A stretch of 64,000 bases of DNA, taken from NCBI GenBank assembly GCA_007376405.1, contig VMGD01000001.1, forward strand, positions 66,891 to 130,890. Direction: 5' to 3'. Positions 19,351 to 29,614 of this stretch are shown here, in pieces. The notes beneath the pieces were generated by a model, which did not search any database, was not told the origin of the DNA, and worked only from the letters and a program-made list of their open reading frames with translations. How positions within the stretch are numbered: position 1 is the first letter of the stretch; every line of letters begins with the position of its first letter. The DNA comes from Microgenomates group bacterium Gr01-1014_7 (GTDB lineage: Bacteria; Patescibacteriota; Microgenomatia; Daviesbacterales; UBA10151). Made by a program: the position numbers and the translations under genes.

Positions 19351-20832
19351 TTATGGAAAAACTTTATATAAAACCATTGCATCCTGTTCGGAACCATCCA
19401 AGGGCCTGGCTTTAGGATATTCTCTAACAAGTTCCGCTTTTTGAATGACCAGCTTTAGATTTTTTTTATTGCCAACAAAATAGGTCGCATTCTCCCTTGC
19501 GGTATCTCTAATTTGAGCTGAAATTGTAGCACTGCCGCCTATAATTGCTATATCATCTTTATCCAAGTATATCCAAAGACCATCGGGCAAGGTTCCAAAA
19601 GATCCTTCTGTCCCGACAATTACTTTTCCCTCTTTCCTTTTTTCTTTTAAAAACCCTGCAATATCTTTTAAGCCAAAACCTGCAGTCCAGTCCTCAAAAT
19701 AACCTTTTCTTTCCTCATTTGGCAGCGAATCCGGCGGAGGATTTGTTAAAAGCTGATAATCAAATTTAAGGGGCAAAAAAACTACAAGTATCAAAAGTAT
19801 TATGAGAGGTATTACCCTTGATATTTTTTCCATACCAAATCCTGCCAAAATTAAAAGTAGCGGTATAGAAGGAAGTAAATATCTTGCTGTAAAAGTTCTC
19901 AAAAATGTCATCTCCACCAAAAGAGGGATAATTGCCCAAGCCAGAATTACCCATCCCAACTTGTTTTTCTCCTTAACCATAAACCATAAACCATAAACCA
20001 TCAGACCAATTATTGGCCATGTTAAAAGTTTGGGAAACCAGTCTGAAATATCATGAAAATGCGGTATAAAAGGATCGAGCGGCCTGCCCACCAGTTCCAC
20101 TGGAGAGAAAACATAATCGGCATTTCTGGCAGATAACTGACGAAACTCCGGACCCAGTCTTAAAAGGTTATACATGACAAGGGCAATTACCACTGCCACT
20201 CCCCAGAATGCTACCAGTTTAACCAGTCTATATTTACCTGCCCCAGCTTTCTTAAACCCTAAAATGGAAACAGGCAAAATTAGCAGATTAAGCATTCCCG
20301 GAGTTTTGGTTAAAATTGCTCCACCCAGCATATAGCCTAAAATCATTGCTAAATCCAGTCTCAAGCTTTTTAAAAGCCAAACGGCAAAATAAACTACCCA
20401 GACGGTAAAGGCAGAGAGCATTGAATCTACCAAAGCCATCCGGTCAAAAAAAACAGTATATGGAGTAATTACATACACTAGAGATGCCCAAAGAGCAGCT
20501 TTGGCATTAAAAACTTTTCTGCTCAGGAAAAAAACACCTAAAAGAGTGAAAAAGCCGGACAGAACTGACAAAAATCTTCCGGCCAAAAGCGGATCATGGA
20601 TAAACTTAAAAAGAGGAATTAAGCTCCACATAAAAAGCGGGGTTTTGCCGTCAGTTTGAGGTAAAAAGCGAAGAGTCGGTTCAGACCTCATCACTTGAGC
20701 CCAGCGGATATAGATTGCCTCATCCGCAAAAATCGGCTGCAGGGTTAAATTAGGTAGCCTGAGAATAAAATAGGCAATTATTAAGCAAACGAGAACTATT
20801 ATTTCTCTTTGGTATTTCCAGACAAAATTCAC
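19351..20832 (-). CDS. GT-C fold glycosyltransferase, ArnT/PMT-like
   Basis: 493 aa. 'LQPIFADEAIYIRWAQVM' acidic loop after TM1; multi-TM. Confidence 0.6.
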   Translation of the reverse strand: MNFVWKYQREIIVLVCLIIAYFILRLPNLTLQPIFADEAIYIRWAQVMRSEPTLRFLPQTDGKTPLFMWSLIPLFKFIHDPLLAGRFLSVLSGFFTLLGVFFLSRKVFNAKAALWASLVYVITPYTVFFDRMALVDSMLSAFTVWVVYFAVWLLKSLRLDLAMILGYMLGGAILTKTPGMLNLLILPVSILGFKKAGAGKYRLVKLVAFWGVAVVIALVMYNLLRLGPEFRQLSARNADYVFSPVELVGRPLDPFIPHFHDISDWFPKLLTWPIIGLMVYGLWFMVKEKNKLGWVILAWAIIPLLVEMTFLRTFTARYLLPSIPLLLILAGFGMEKISRVIPLIILLILVVFLPLKFDYQLLTNPPPDSLPNEERKGYFEDWTAGFGLKDIAGFLKEKRKEGKVIVGTEGSFGTLPDGLWIYLDKDDIAIIGGSATISAQIRDTARENATYFVGNKKNLKLVIQKAELVREYPKARPLDGSEQDAMVLYKVFP

Positions 20833-20869
20833 TATACTATTGTACGTCTGTTAGTTTCCAGAGGCAAGC

Positions 20870-21610
20870 CTAATATTTTCCTCTGAGGTCATTTATTCTA
20901 ATTCTGAACATGTCATAGATGGCAGCTGCGGCATCTTTTATCACTTGTACCCTTTCGGTATCAACATAATTCCACTCCACCCCAACTTCCGCGATATTAA
21001 ATCCATACTTTTTTGCCAGATATAGTACTTCCACATCAAATCCCGCATTTACAGCCCCACCCTTAAAATGTACTACTCCCCATTCACTTTTAATCTTGGG
21101 AATAATTTTTTCCACGGCTTTTTTATTAAAAGCCTTGAATCCGCATTGAGTGTCCGTAAAAGGCAAATCCAAAATAATATTTCGCAGAACCGAAAAACCC
21201 CAGGCTGCCAATTTTCTCGCCAGAGGAGCTCCTTTTCTTCCCTGACGGGAACCAATCACAATATCAAAGCCTTCTTCAAATTTAGGTATAAATTTCTCCA
21301 GCTGGTTAATTGGGGTAGCCTGATCCATATCTGTAAAAAGGATTATTTCTCCATTGCTAGCAAGCATACCGGTCATTACCGCATTAGCTTTCCCGCCATG
21401 CGGAACCTGAATTAAATTAAATTTGGGATTTTTCTTGACATACTCCTCAATGACTTCTTTTGTTTCGTCTATTGACCCATCATCAACAATAATTACCTCA
21501 TATTCTAAAGCCATACCTTTTAAAAAATCTTTTACTTCTTCCAATACTCCTCTTTTTAAATTTTTGGCTTCATTATATGCGGGTATGACAATGGAAAGTT
21601 TGGTACTCAT
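20870..21610 (-). CDS. GT2 polyprenyl-phosphate sugar synthase (DPM1/GtrB/CsbB-like)
   Basis: 246 aa. MSTKLSIVIPAYNEAKNL...VIIVDDGSIDET...TDMDQ...DTQCGFKAF is the signature of dolichyl/undecaprenyl-phosphate hexose synthases. Confidence 0.75.
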   Translation of the reverse strand: MSTKLSIVIPAYNEAKNLKRGVLEEVKDFLKGMALEYEVIIVDDGSIDETKEVIEEYVKKNPKFNLIQVPHGGKANAVMTGMLASNGEIILFTDMDQATPINQLEKFIPKFEEGFDIVIGSRQGRKGAPLARKLAAWGFSVLRNIILDLPFTDTQCGFKAFNKKAVEKIIPKIKSEWGVVHFKGGAVNAGFDVEVLYLAKKYGFNIAEVGVEWNYVDTERVQVIKDAAAAIYDMFRIRINDLRGKY

Positions 21611-23799
21611 TAGGGCCTCCCACTTGGGTTAGCAATTAATTTATATAGTTTTACTCCATAAACTTCTTGCTCCCATTCTATTTTAGACCATCCAAAAGCA
21701 GCAATCTCATGTTTTGGGCTGTGTGTCGGATCACATACAGGGTCCTCGCAAACTACAAACAGCTGATCTGTTTTCTCAGCCGGAACCGGTTTGGGTTTGT
21801 GCCCATATAAATCCAGATAAAACTGGTAAGTCGAATCATAATTATTTTTGGCAAGTAGAGCAAAATTAAATGATCTTCCTTCCGATTTATCTATAATAAA
21901 CTTGGCCACGTCTTGCGTTCTTTTTAACTGGTTATTGGGTGGGTAAACAAGAGGATTTTTTTGCAAATTTACCAGAGTTAATGCCAAAAGCAAAACAGGA
22001 ACTGCTGTCCAAAAAAGTAAACGAATTCCCACATGAGACGTGGGAACTCGAACTAAATTTAGGGATGCTGCCAAAAGCAAATACGGAGCAGGGTTTAAAA
22101 ACCCTAAATAATGATCATAAATGCTGCTTTGATAAAGGGATAAACCCACAAGGCCAATAACCAGCCATACCGCAAGGGCGAATAAAGACCACTCCATCTC
22201 CTTTCCTTTAAACCTTTGCACAATCAGTTTAATTATTGGCAGCAGAATTAATATACCTACTACGGCAGTTAATATTAAATTTTCTGCTGTGATATATCTG
22301 CCTATCAGATTATTAAAATAAAGACCGGGAACTTTGACAAGAATACCCAAAGGGTTAAATTCAACTGCCTGATGATCAAAGAGAAGTTTTTTTATGGCAC
22401 GGAAATTTAAAAAATTATTACGAAGATCAAATAAAACAAACGGCAACATGACAGCCCAAAAAGCAATTACCGCCCCCAGACTGCCCGTCAGAATATTTCT
22501 TCCCTTTTTTTGAAAATATTGAAAAAACCAGAGGATAAGGTAGATTGGAATTAAAAGCACGACCAGATAATGCATCTGCAAAGCTGCTGCAGCTGCTGCT
22601 CCTACTAAAATAAACCATAAAAAATTTTTGGTTTGGTAAGCTTTATAACATCCCCAGATACCAATTAAAGAAAAAAAAGGGGCCGGGTTGGGGTTCCAAG
22701 AAGAACGGGAATAAATAATATTCACCGGTGAAATAGCATAAAGAAAAGCTGCAATTAAAGCCGAGGCTCTCCCAAACCAGATCTTACCCAGATAATAAAT
22801 CAACATTACTGTTGCCACTCCAATTAAGGCATCCATTCCGGCAGCTGCAGTGGGATTTAGCCAAAAAATAGCCATGGGGATAGTCATCATATAGTAGTAA
22901 AACGGACCTAAATAAATATTGCCGACAGAAGTGGGCGGACCAATAAAGGGTAAATCACCTTCTGTTAAAATTTTCTTAATAATAATTGCATCCCGTCCCT
23001 CATCCCCCAAAAAAGTCATATACCCAGAAAGTTTATAGAAACGCAAAAAGCAGGCAAGTAAAATTATCCCTAGGAGGCATAGGAACAAAGTTTTATTATC
23101 CTTAAGTTCCCACCAAAGTTTTATTAGATCAAGGTAAGATTTAATAATTACATTGAAATTCGCTCCTGTTGGTTTGCCGGAAAGCCGCGGAAAGTGATTT
23201 ACCCCAACCTGACCAATCTTGAAACCGGCCTTTTTGGCTTTGATGGCTAGTTCGGCATTGATCATGGCCCCCCTACTTGATTCCAAACGGGGAATTTTTT
23301 CCAAAACTTTTCTTTTAACCATCTTAAACCCGCAATCCACATCTTTTAAAGTTAGTCTGAAAAATGCCAGCAGTGTTAATTTCCAGCCCTTTTTAAAAAA
23401 AATTCTAAAAAAAGGGTCTCGTCTTTTGATGCGATAGCCAATAATCAGATCGTTAGTTTCTATTTTTTCCAAAAACTTGTTCACTTCGGAAAAATCAAAC
23501 TGCCCGTCTCCGTCGGTATAAACAATGGTGTCGAATTTGGCATTATAAAAGCCGGATTTTAATGCTTCCCCGTAGCCTGAATTTTTGGGATGATGAATGA
23601 CTCTAACTTTGGGATTTTGTTTGGCCAGACTGTCTGCTACTTTACCTGTTTTATCTGTAGAGCCGTCATCAACAACAATCACTTCATAATCTTCAAGTTT
23701 TAACTTTTCCAGAACTTTTAAGGCATTTTCAATCGTATTTTCAATATTTCCTTCTTCATTAAACACAGGGAAGAAAACAGAAAGATTTTTAATGGACAT
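21610..23799 (-). CDS. bifunctional fusion: N-terminal GT2 polyprenyl-phosphate sugar synthase domain + C-terminal GT-C membrane glycosyltransferase domain
   Basis: 729 aa. Residues 1 to about 235 are DPM1/GtrB-like (FFPVFNEEGNI...VIVVDDGSTDKT...TDGDGQ...DVDCGFKMV). Residues from about 240 to 729 are multi-TM, with the 'FLGDEGRDAIIIKKILTEGDLPFIGPPTSVGNIYLGPFYYY' motif shared with genes 37935.., 39457.. and 42686... Confidence 0.7.
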   Translation of the reverse strand: MSIKNLSVFFPVFNEEGNIENTIENALKVLEKLKLEDYEVIVVDDGSTDKTGKVADSLAKQNPKVRVIHHPKNSGYGEALKSGFYNAKFDTIVYTDGDGQFDFSEVNKFLEKIETNDLIIGYRIKRRDPFFRIFFKKGWKLTLLAFFRLTLKDVDCGFKMVKRKVLEKIPRLESSRGAMINAELAIKAKKAGFKIGQVGVNHFPRLSGKPTGANFNVIIKSYLDLIKLWWELKDNKTLFLCLLGIILLACFLRFYKLSGYMTFLGDEGRDAIIIKKILTEGDLPFIGPPTSVGNIYLGPFYYYMMTIPMAIFWLNPTAAAGMDALIGVATVMLIYYLGKIWFGRASALIAAFLYAISPVNIIYSRSSWNPNPAPFFSLIGIWGCYKAYQTKNFLWFILVGAAAAAALQMHYLVVLLIPIYLILWFFQYFQKKGRNILTGSLGAVIAFWAVMLPFVLFDLRNNFLNFRAIKKLLFDHQAVEFNPLGILVKVPGLYFNNLIGRYITAENLILTAVVGILILLPIIKLIVQRFKGKEMEWSLFALAVWLVIGLVGLSLYQSSIYDHYLGFLNPAPYLLLAASLNLVRVPTSHVGIRLLFWTAVPVLLLALTLVNLQKNPLVYPPNNQLKRTQDVAKFIIDKSEGRSFNFALLAKNNYDSTYQFYLDLYGHKPKPVPAEKTDQLFVVCEDPVCDPTHSPKHEIAAFGWSKIEWEQEVYGVKLYKLIANPSGRP

Positions 23800-23821
23800 G
23801 GTAATATGCTAACATCAAATT

Positions 23822-24961
23822 ATGCACAAAACAACGAAAGACCTTATTCTTCTTTTGGTTGCGGTACTAACGATAACCTTTCTTGTTTGGCTTCCACATT
23901 TTTTGGCTTTACCAGATTTTTGGGGATTATCCTTCAAAGAAGGATTTTCTACAATCTATCGCAACTTTGACGGTTTGGAATATGTCACTATTGCTAAAAC
24001 TTTTTATAATCCTGCTGCTTTAGCCTCTGTTCCACAAACCCTTCCTGCCAATTATTTTGCTTCCCACTTCCCCGGATATTCAATCCTAATGACCCTTTTT
24101 GCACCGGTTTTGGGGTATCTAAAATCAATGCTTTTTGTTTCCCTAATATCTACAATTTTAGCAGTTTGGTCTTTTTACTTTTTACTTAAAACTTTTAACT
24201 TAACTTCCCATCCTCTTTTTTTAAGTTTTATTTTTCTCATCTTGCCTGCCAGGTGGTTGATTGTGCATAGTGTTGGCTCATCCGAGCCGTTATTTTTATT
24301 TTTGACAATAACCACGCTTTATTTTTTTATTCGTTTCGAGCAAACCGGCCATTACACCGACATAGTATTTGCAGGTGTTGCCGGCCTGCTTGCCCAAATC
24401 ACCAGACCGCCGGGAATTTTGCTTTTTATTGCTCTAATGCTTTATGTACATTGGCGCAAAAAAGCCTGGCTTGATCCTTTAAAATACTTCCCAATGATTC
24501 TTATCCCATTGGGACTACTGGGAGTTTTCTATCTATTTAGTCAAACGTATGGGGACTTTTGGGCTTACTTTAAAAGCGGAGATAACATTCACCTTACCTT
24601 CCCTCCTTTCCAGGTTTTTAATAAACACCAGTTTTGGGTAGGGGATATCTGGCTGGAAGATATTGTTTATATTTTTATATTGGGATTTTTGGGGGGAGTG
24701 ACCCTGTGGAGGAAAAAACTATACCCCTTGGCTTTTTTTGTTTTAACCTATTTAACAGCCGCCATCTTTGTTGCCCACAGAGATATTAGCAGATATATTC
24801 TTCCGGTCACTCCGTTTATCCTAATTGCCTTTGAAAAAGTTTTAACTTCCAAAGAATTTAAAATTATTCTGCCGATTATTGCGCTGGCAATTTATCTCTA
24901 TACCCAAAACTTTATGCTCACCAACACCGCCCCCATCCCCAATCTGGAAATTTATAACTAA
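23822..24961 (+). CDS. polytopic membrane protein, unknown family
   Basis: 379 aa, multi-TM. Divergent from the upstream minus-strand operon with only a 22-bp spacer. 4-nt overlap with the convergent GT2 gene end. Confidence 0.45.
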   Translation: MHKTTKDLILLLVAVLTITFLVWLPHFLALPDFWGLSFKEGFSTIYRNFDGLEYVTIAKTFYNPAALASVPQTLPANYFASHFPGYSILMTLFAPVLGYLKSMLFVSLISTILAVWSFYFLLKTFNLTSHPLFLSFIFLILPARWLIVHSVGSSEPLFLFLTITTLYFFIRFEQTGHYTDIVFAGVAGLLAQITRPPGILLFIALMLYVHWRKKAWLDPLKYFPMILIPLGLLGVFYLFSQTYGDFWAYFKSGDNIHLTFPPFQVFNKHQFWVGDIWLEDIVYIFILGFLGGVTLWRKKLYPLAFFVLTYLTAAIFVAHRDISRYILPVTPFILIAFEKVLTSKEFKIILPIIALAIYLYTQNFMLTNTAPIPNLEIYN

Positions 24962-26142
24962 TCTTCCTGATGTTTCCAGGTAATAAAATGATTCATTAAA
25001 AAGTTCCATACCATAACCGGTGGGATTGTTGCTAAAAAGTAGAAGTTATTATAGGCAATTGCCTTACCAAAAATATTTACCGACCCATCTCCATATGTTA
25101 AATGCAAATATTTTACAATCAAAACGCCAATTATCAATCCTCCAAGACTAACCAGGTTAAAAATCCCCAATTTTTGCCAAAAATTGGTTTTGGTTTTTCT
25201 ATATCTAAAAGTCCAGTAATTATTCAAAATAAAATTGTTGATGATGGCAATTTCGGTGGAAATTCCTTTTGACGACGCTGGTGGAAATCCAAAACTTCTG
25301 ATAAATATTTTATAAAACAAAAAGTCAACCAAAGTCCCTATAAACCCAACTAGACCAAACTTGACAAATGTCTTAGCTCTCCTGGTCAGGTAGAAAAAGC
25401 GGATATTAAAACCCCATTTATGTAGCCTGACATCAATACAGTAAGTAATAACATCATATGTATAATTGAAAACTTTATTTTTAGAATAACCCTCAAGACG
25501 ATTTTTAAATACCAGTGGTACTTCTTTATATTTTGCTCCCGCCATAATCATTTCATGCAAAAAGGCAGGTTGGACAATAAAAGTTTTTTCCCTCCATGGT
25601 AATCTCGCCAGGTTTATTTTTTTAAAAATTTGCGGAGTAAATGCCCGGGCAGAATTGGTAAATTCTTTAACATCCGAAGGCCCCATTACAATCCTGCAAA
25701 AAAGCGATGAGCCAAGGGTGAAAATACGCCTTGCCAAAGTCAGCTTATTTTTTCCACCCTCCATCAGTCTTGACCCGATAACAAAATCATAACCTTCCTC
25801 TATACCTTTAACTAACCTTACCAAAACATCCGGTTCAACCTGCCCATCAGCATCAAGTTGGGCTAAAACATCAGGATGAATTTTTTCCAGCGCAAACTGA
25901 TGACCTTTTATCAAGCCGGCTCCCAAACCCGGCTCAACTTTTAGAAAATGTACTTTGGAGTTTTTGCGGAAAAGCTGTTGGGCAATTTTATCAGTACCAT
26001 CTGAAGTTCTGATATCATCTGCAACTACAATTTGTATTTCCCAGCCCGGAAGACTTTTTTGCTGAGCTAAAACTTTTTCTACAGTTGATGTGATGTTTGC
26101 TTTTTCGTTATAGGTGGGTAAAACTACCGATACTTTCTTCAT
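24958..26142 (-). CDS. GT2 polyprenyl-phosphate glycosyltransferase with C-terminal GtrA-like membrane domain
   Basis: 394 aa. N-terminal GT2 domain (VSVVLPTYNEKANI...VVADD...LDADGQ). The C-terminal ~120 aa has four TM helices in a GtrA-like arrangement (KFGLVGFIGTLVDFLFYKIF...NNYWTFRYRK). Confidence 0.7.
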   Translation of the reverse strand: MKKVSVVLPTYNEKANITSTVEKVLAQQKSLPGWEIQIVVADDIRTSDGTDKIAQQLFRKNSKVHFLKVEPGLGAGLIKGHQFALEKIHPDVLAQLDADGQVEPDVLVRLVKGIEEGYDFVIGSRLMEGGKNKLTLARRIFTLGSSLFCRIVMGPSDVKEFTNSARAFTPQIFKKINLARLPWREKTFIVQPAFLHEMIMAGAKYKEVPLVFKNRLEGYSKNKVFNYTYDVITYCIDVRLHKWGFNIRFFYLTRRAKTFVKFGLVGFIGTLVDFLFYKIFIRSFGFPPASSKGISTEIAIINNFILNNYWTFRYRKTKTNFWQKLGIFNLVSLGGLIIGVLIVKYLHLTYGDGSVNIFGKAIAYNNFYFLATIPPVMVWNFLMNHFITWKHQED

Positions 26143-27179
26143 GAAAACTTTGCAAGATCGTAGTGGACCATAATTTTAACCAGATCCTTAAATTTAGTTT
26201 TTGGCTCCCAATCTAAAACTTTTTTGGCGTAAGATGCATCCCCTTGGAGCGGCCCTGTTTGCACAGGCGGAACAAAATTAGAATCAGTCACAACATACTC
26301 TTTCCAATCAAGGCCGACTGTAGCAAATGCTTCCCGGACAAAATCTTCCACCGTGTGAATCTCACCTGTGGCTATCACAAAATCATTGGCTTGTCTTTGT
26401 TGTAATATTTTCCACATAGCTTCGACATAATCCGGTGAGTAACCCCAGTCCCGTTCGGCATTTAAATCTCCCAATTTTATTTTGCCGTTTTGAACAATAG
26501 GTTCACCTATTTCATTTAAAGGAATTCCTTCTTTTTTATTGTTTTTTATACAAGCTACCCCGGCTGTAATTTTCCTGGTTACAAAATTAAGTCCTCTTCG
26601 GGGGCTTTCGTGATTAAATAAAATTCCACAGGAAATAAATTGAGGTTGTTTCCGATCTAATCTTCCAATAACCGCCATTCTATGGGCAAACTCTTTGGCA
26701 GCAGCATAAGGATTTGCCGGACTAAACGGGGTAGCCTCATTTTGCGGCACCTGCTTTGGAACACCAAACATCTCCGAAGTTGAGGCCTGATAAACTTTTG
26801 CCTCAGGGACAATCTGTTTTGCCCTCTCAAAAACATGCAAAGCTCCCACCCCTGTAATCATGATTGAGGCAAACTTGTCACTAAAAGAAGCAAAAGGAGA
26901 CGACAGAGAAGCAAGATTGTAAATTTCATCCGGTTTAAAATCCAGTAGTGCCAGAGCAATAGATTCAGGTGATTGAAGATCACCAAAATATATTTTTATA
27001 TCATCTTTTATGTGTTCAATATTGCCCAGTTCCCCTATGGCATTTCGTCTTATTAACCCCCCCACTTCATATCCTTTATTTAATAAGAGCTCGCTTAGGT
27101 ATGAGCCGTCCTGACCCGAAATTCCGGTGATGAATGCTCTTTTAGATTTTGCCATTTGGATTACTATATCTAATTTCAA
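26139..27179 (-). CDS. gmd: GDP-mannose 4,6-dehydratase
   Basis: 346 aa. 'RAFITGISGQDGSYLSELLLNKGYEVGGLIRR' and the overall SDR pattern match Gmd. Confidence 0.8.
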   Translation of the reverse strand: MKLDIVIQMAKSKRAFITGISGQDGSYLSELLLNKGYEVGGLIRRNAIGELGNIEHIKDDIKIYFGDLQSPESIALALLDFKPDEIYNLASLSSPFASFSDKFASIMITGVGALHVFERAKQIVPEAKVYQASTSEMFGVPKQVPQNEATPFSPANPYAAAKEFAHRMAVIGRLDRKQPQFISCGILFNHESPRRGLNFVTRKITAGVACIKNNKKEGIPLNEIGEPIVQNGKIKLGDLNAERDWGYSPDYVEAMWKILQQRQANDFVIATGEIHTVEDFVREAFATVGLDWKEYVVTDSNFVPPVQTGPLQGDASYAKKVLDWEPKTKFKDLVKIMVHYDLAKFS

Positions 27180-28069
27180 CCCTTCCCGTCAACTTCTTCT
27201 TTGAAAAGTTTTATACTTTCTTCAACCGAATGTAAAATCCCCTGCCCGAATTCACCAGTAAACTTAGCGCTATCAAGCCAGGAATTCTTTAAAAGTTTTG
27301 CCATTTTCTTTTGATTGTATTCACCCAATGTCATCGAGACAATTAATGAGGAGTCTAAATTAAAAGCTTGAACAATCTGTTTGGCAAATTCAAACGGGGT
27401 AGTATGATTTATTGATGAAACATGGTAGATTCCCGAAGCTTTTCCCTCTACTAAAACAGCCAGCGCATTGGCAATATCATCGGTTAAAGTGGGAGTTATT
27501 CTCTGATTAATTATTGCTTTAATTTGCTTTTTTTCTCTTAGCTGATTTAAAAAAAACCTTGCTATATCAGATTTTTGCTGATAGTAAGCAGAGTATGGCA
27601 TGGATAATCTAACAATTATATAAGAACAACCACTCTCTAAAACATTTTGCTCTCCAAAATACTTAGTTTGACCATACCAGTTTATCGGATTAGGTTTATC
27701 TTCTTCAATATAAGGACTACCGGATTTTGTTCCATCAAAAATATATTCTGTAGAAATATGGATTAGATGCTTCTCTAAAATTTTACATGCATCAGCTACA
27801 TTTTTTGCGCCGGCGGCATTTAACATATAAGCTAAACCCCGTTTGTCGTTTTTTTGCTTCTCTGATTCTTCTACATGCGTAAAAGCAGCAAAGTTAATTA
27901 TAACCTCTGCTCCCGAATCTTCTATAAATTTTGACGCTTGATTGAAATCTGTAATATCTACAAGACTTGCCGGAGGGGAGCTTATGTTGAAGCGGCCGGC
28001 ATTTAGCTCTAAAAACTTCGAGCCGACTAGGCCACTGCCACCAAAGATCAATACTTGTCTTTTATTCAT
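27176..28069 (-). CDS. rfbD: dTDP-4-dehydrorhamnose reductase
   Basis: 297 aa. The RmlD substrate-binding pattern (VLIFGGSGLVG...INFAAFTHVEESE...HISTEYIFDG...YGQTKYFGE) aligns with E. coli RmlD. Last gene of the rmlABCD run. Confidence 0.7.
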   Translation of the reverse strand: MNKRQVLIFGGSGLVGSKFLELNAGRFNISSPPASLVDITDFNQASKFIEDSGAEVIINFAAFTHVEESEKQKNDKRGLAYMLNAAGAKNVADACKILEKHLIHISTEYIFDGTKSGSPYIEEDKPNPINWYGQTKYFGEQNVLESGCSYIIVRLSMPYSAYYQQKSDIARFFLNQLREKKQIKAIINQRITPTLTDDIANALAVLVEGKASGIYHVSSINHTTPFEFAKQIVQAFNLDSSLIVSMTLGEYNQKKMAKLLKNSWLDSAKFTGEFGQGILHSVEESIKLFKEEVDGKG

Positions 28070-28644
28070 TTGAATTTTTCGGGAAACAAATCACGAAGCT
28101 TGGGGTTATTTTTATCACGTTCCGATATAATTGGATTTTTAATCGGCCAGTTAATTGCCAAATCCGGATCATCCCAGGCAATAGCCCTGGTATCTGAACC
28201 ATCATAGTAGGCATCAATCAGATAAATGTAATCGACTGATGTCTCGCTCGTTACACAAATTGAATTAGCCAAACCATTGGGTATAAACAGTCCAACTCTA
28301 TTGCTGTCATTAATGTCAAAGGTTTCGACTTTTCCAAAAGTGGAGGAATCACCTCTTACATCAACTATTGCCACGAAAACTTGTCCGTTTAAAGGATAGA
28401 CAATTTTGTTCCATCTCTCCGCATGAATGCCTCTTAAGACTCCGGGGTCTGAATGGGAATGATTCATCTGCACCCCGCTGAATTTAACCCCGGCAATCTT
28501 TTCTAACTCATCCAGATGAAAAATCTCCCTGAAAAATCCTCTATCGTCTTTATGAATAGGTCTTTCTAAAATCAAAAGTCCCGAGATTGAAGCTTTTTTA
28601 ATATATTTATTGTCCATAAGATTTTTGGGCCGAGGCATCAACAT
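28066..28644 (-). CDS. rfbC: dTDP-4-dehydrorhamnose 3,5-epimerase
   Basis: 192 aa cupin. 'HKDDRGFFREIFH...GIHAERWNKIVYPLNGQVFVAIVDVRGDSSTFGK' is typical of RmlC. Confidence 0.8.
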   Translation of the reverse strand: MLMPRPKNLMDNKYIKKASISGLLILERPIHKDDRGFFREIFHLDELEKIAGVKFSGVQMNHSHSDPGVLRGIHAERWNKIVYPLNGQVFVAIVDVRGDSSTFGKVETFDINDSNRVGLFIPNGLANSICVTSETSVDYIYLIDAYYDGSDTRAIAWDDPDLAINWPIKNPIISERDKNNPKLRDLFPEKFK

Positions 28645-29614
28645 TCGGCCTCCCCTGCTTTAATGGTCTCCACCACCACTCATTTTCCTTGTACCATTTA
28701 ATGGTTTCATCCAATCCTTGATCAAAATTAAATTCTGGTTTCCATCCTAAGTTTTGAAGTTTTGTATCATCTAGTGCATAACGAAAATCGTGACCAAGAC
28801 GATCAGCTACCCTCTCGATCCATGATTCATCTTTACCTAAAGCCTTAAGGATTTTTCTGGTGACTTCAATATTCCTTTGTTGATCTCCTCCTATACAGTA
28901 AGTCTCCCCTACCTGTCCATGCAATAAAACTGTCTCAATTGAGCTGCAATCATCTAAAACAAAAATCCAGTCTCTGATATTTTCTCCCTGCCCCATCAAA
29001 GGCACTTTTTGCCCTTCAAGCAGATTAGTGATGAAGCGCGGTATTAACTTTTCCGGATCCTGATATGGACCGAAGTTGTTACCACAATTAGTAATGGTAA
29101 TGGGCAACTTATATGTCCGATAATACGATATTACCAGTAGGTCAGAGGCGGCTTTGGATGCAGCATAAGGACTTCTGGGTCTATACGGAGTATTTTCGGT
29201 AAAAGGCGGATCATTTAGCCCGAGCTGCCCATAAGTTTCATCAGTTGAAATATGATGAAACCTTTTTACCTCATGCTTCAAAGCTGTTGCGAGCAACACG
29301 CCAGTACCCATAACATTTGTATTTATAAATGGAGAGGGATCCATAATGGATCTGTCTACATGAGATTCTGCAGCAAAATTAACAACCATATCAACCCCTG
29401 CCATGGCCTTCTCCACATCAGCAGCATCAGTTATATCACCCTTTATAAAGGTGTAGTTGGGATTACCCTCGATATCTTTAAGAGATTCCAGATGGCCGGC
29501 GTAAGTAAGCGCATCCAAATTAACCACTTGATCGCCGGGATGAGTTCTTAACCAGTAATGAATAAAATTCGAACCGATAAAACCGGCTCCACCGGTTACC
29601 AAAAGTTTACTCAT
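28607..29614 (-). CDS. rfbB: dTDP-glucose 4,6-dehydratase
   Basis: 335 aa. 'MSKLLVTGGAGFIGSNFIHYWL' and the extended SDR motifs match RmlB. Confidence 0.85.
   Translation of the reverse strand: MSKLLVTGGAGFIGSNFIHYWLRTHPGDQVVNLDALTYAGHLESLKDIEGNPNYTFIKGDITDAADVEKAMAGVDMVVNFAAESHVDRSIMDPSPFINTNVMGTGVLLATALKHEVKRFHHISTDETYGQLGLNDPPFTENTPYRPRSPYAASKAASDLLVISYYRTYKLPITITNCGNNFGPYQDPEKLIPRFITNLLEGQKVPLMGQGENIRDWIFVLDDCSSIETVLLHGQVGETYCIGGDQQRNIEVTRKILKALGKDESWIERVADRLGHDFRYALDDTKLQNLGWKPEFNFDQGLDETIKWYKENEWWWRPLKQGRPNVDASAQKSYGQ

Noticed and set aside
19975-20003. Short tandem repeat (ccataaa) x3.5
   Set aside because: It lies inside the 19351..20832 CDS and keeps the reading frame. It is only 7 bp x 3, with no spacer structure, so it is not CRISPR-like or a meaningful satellite.
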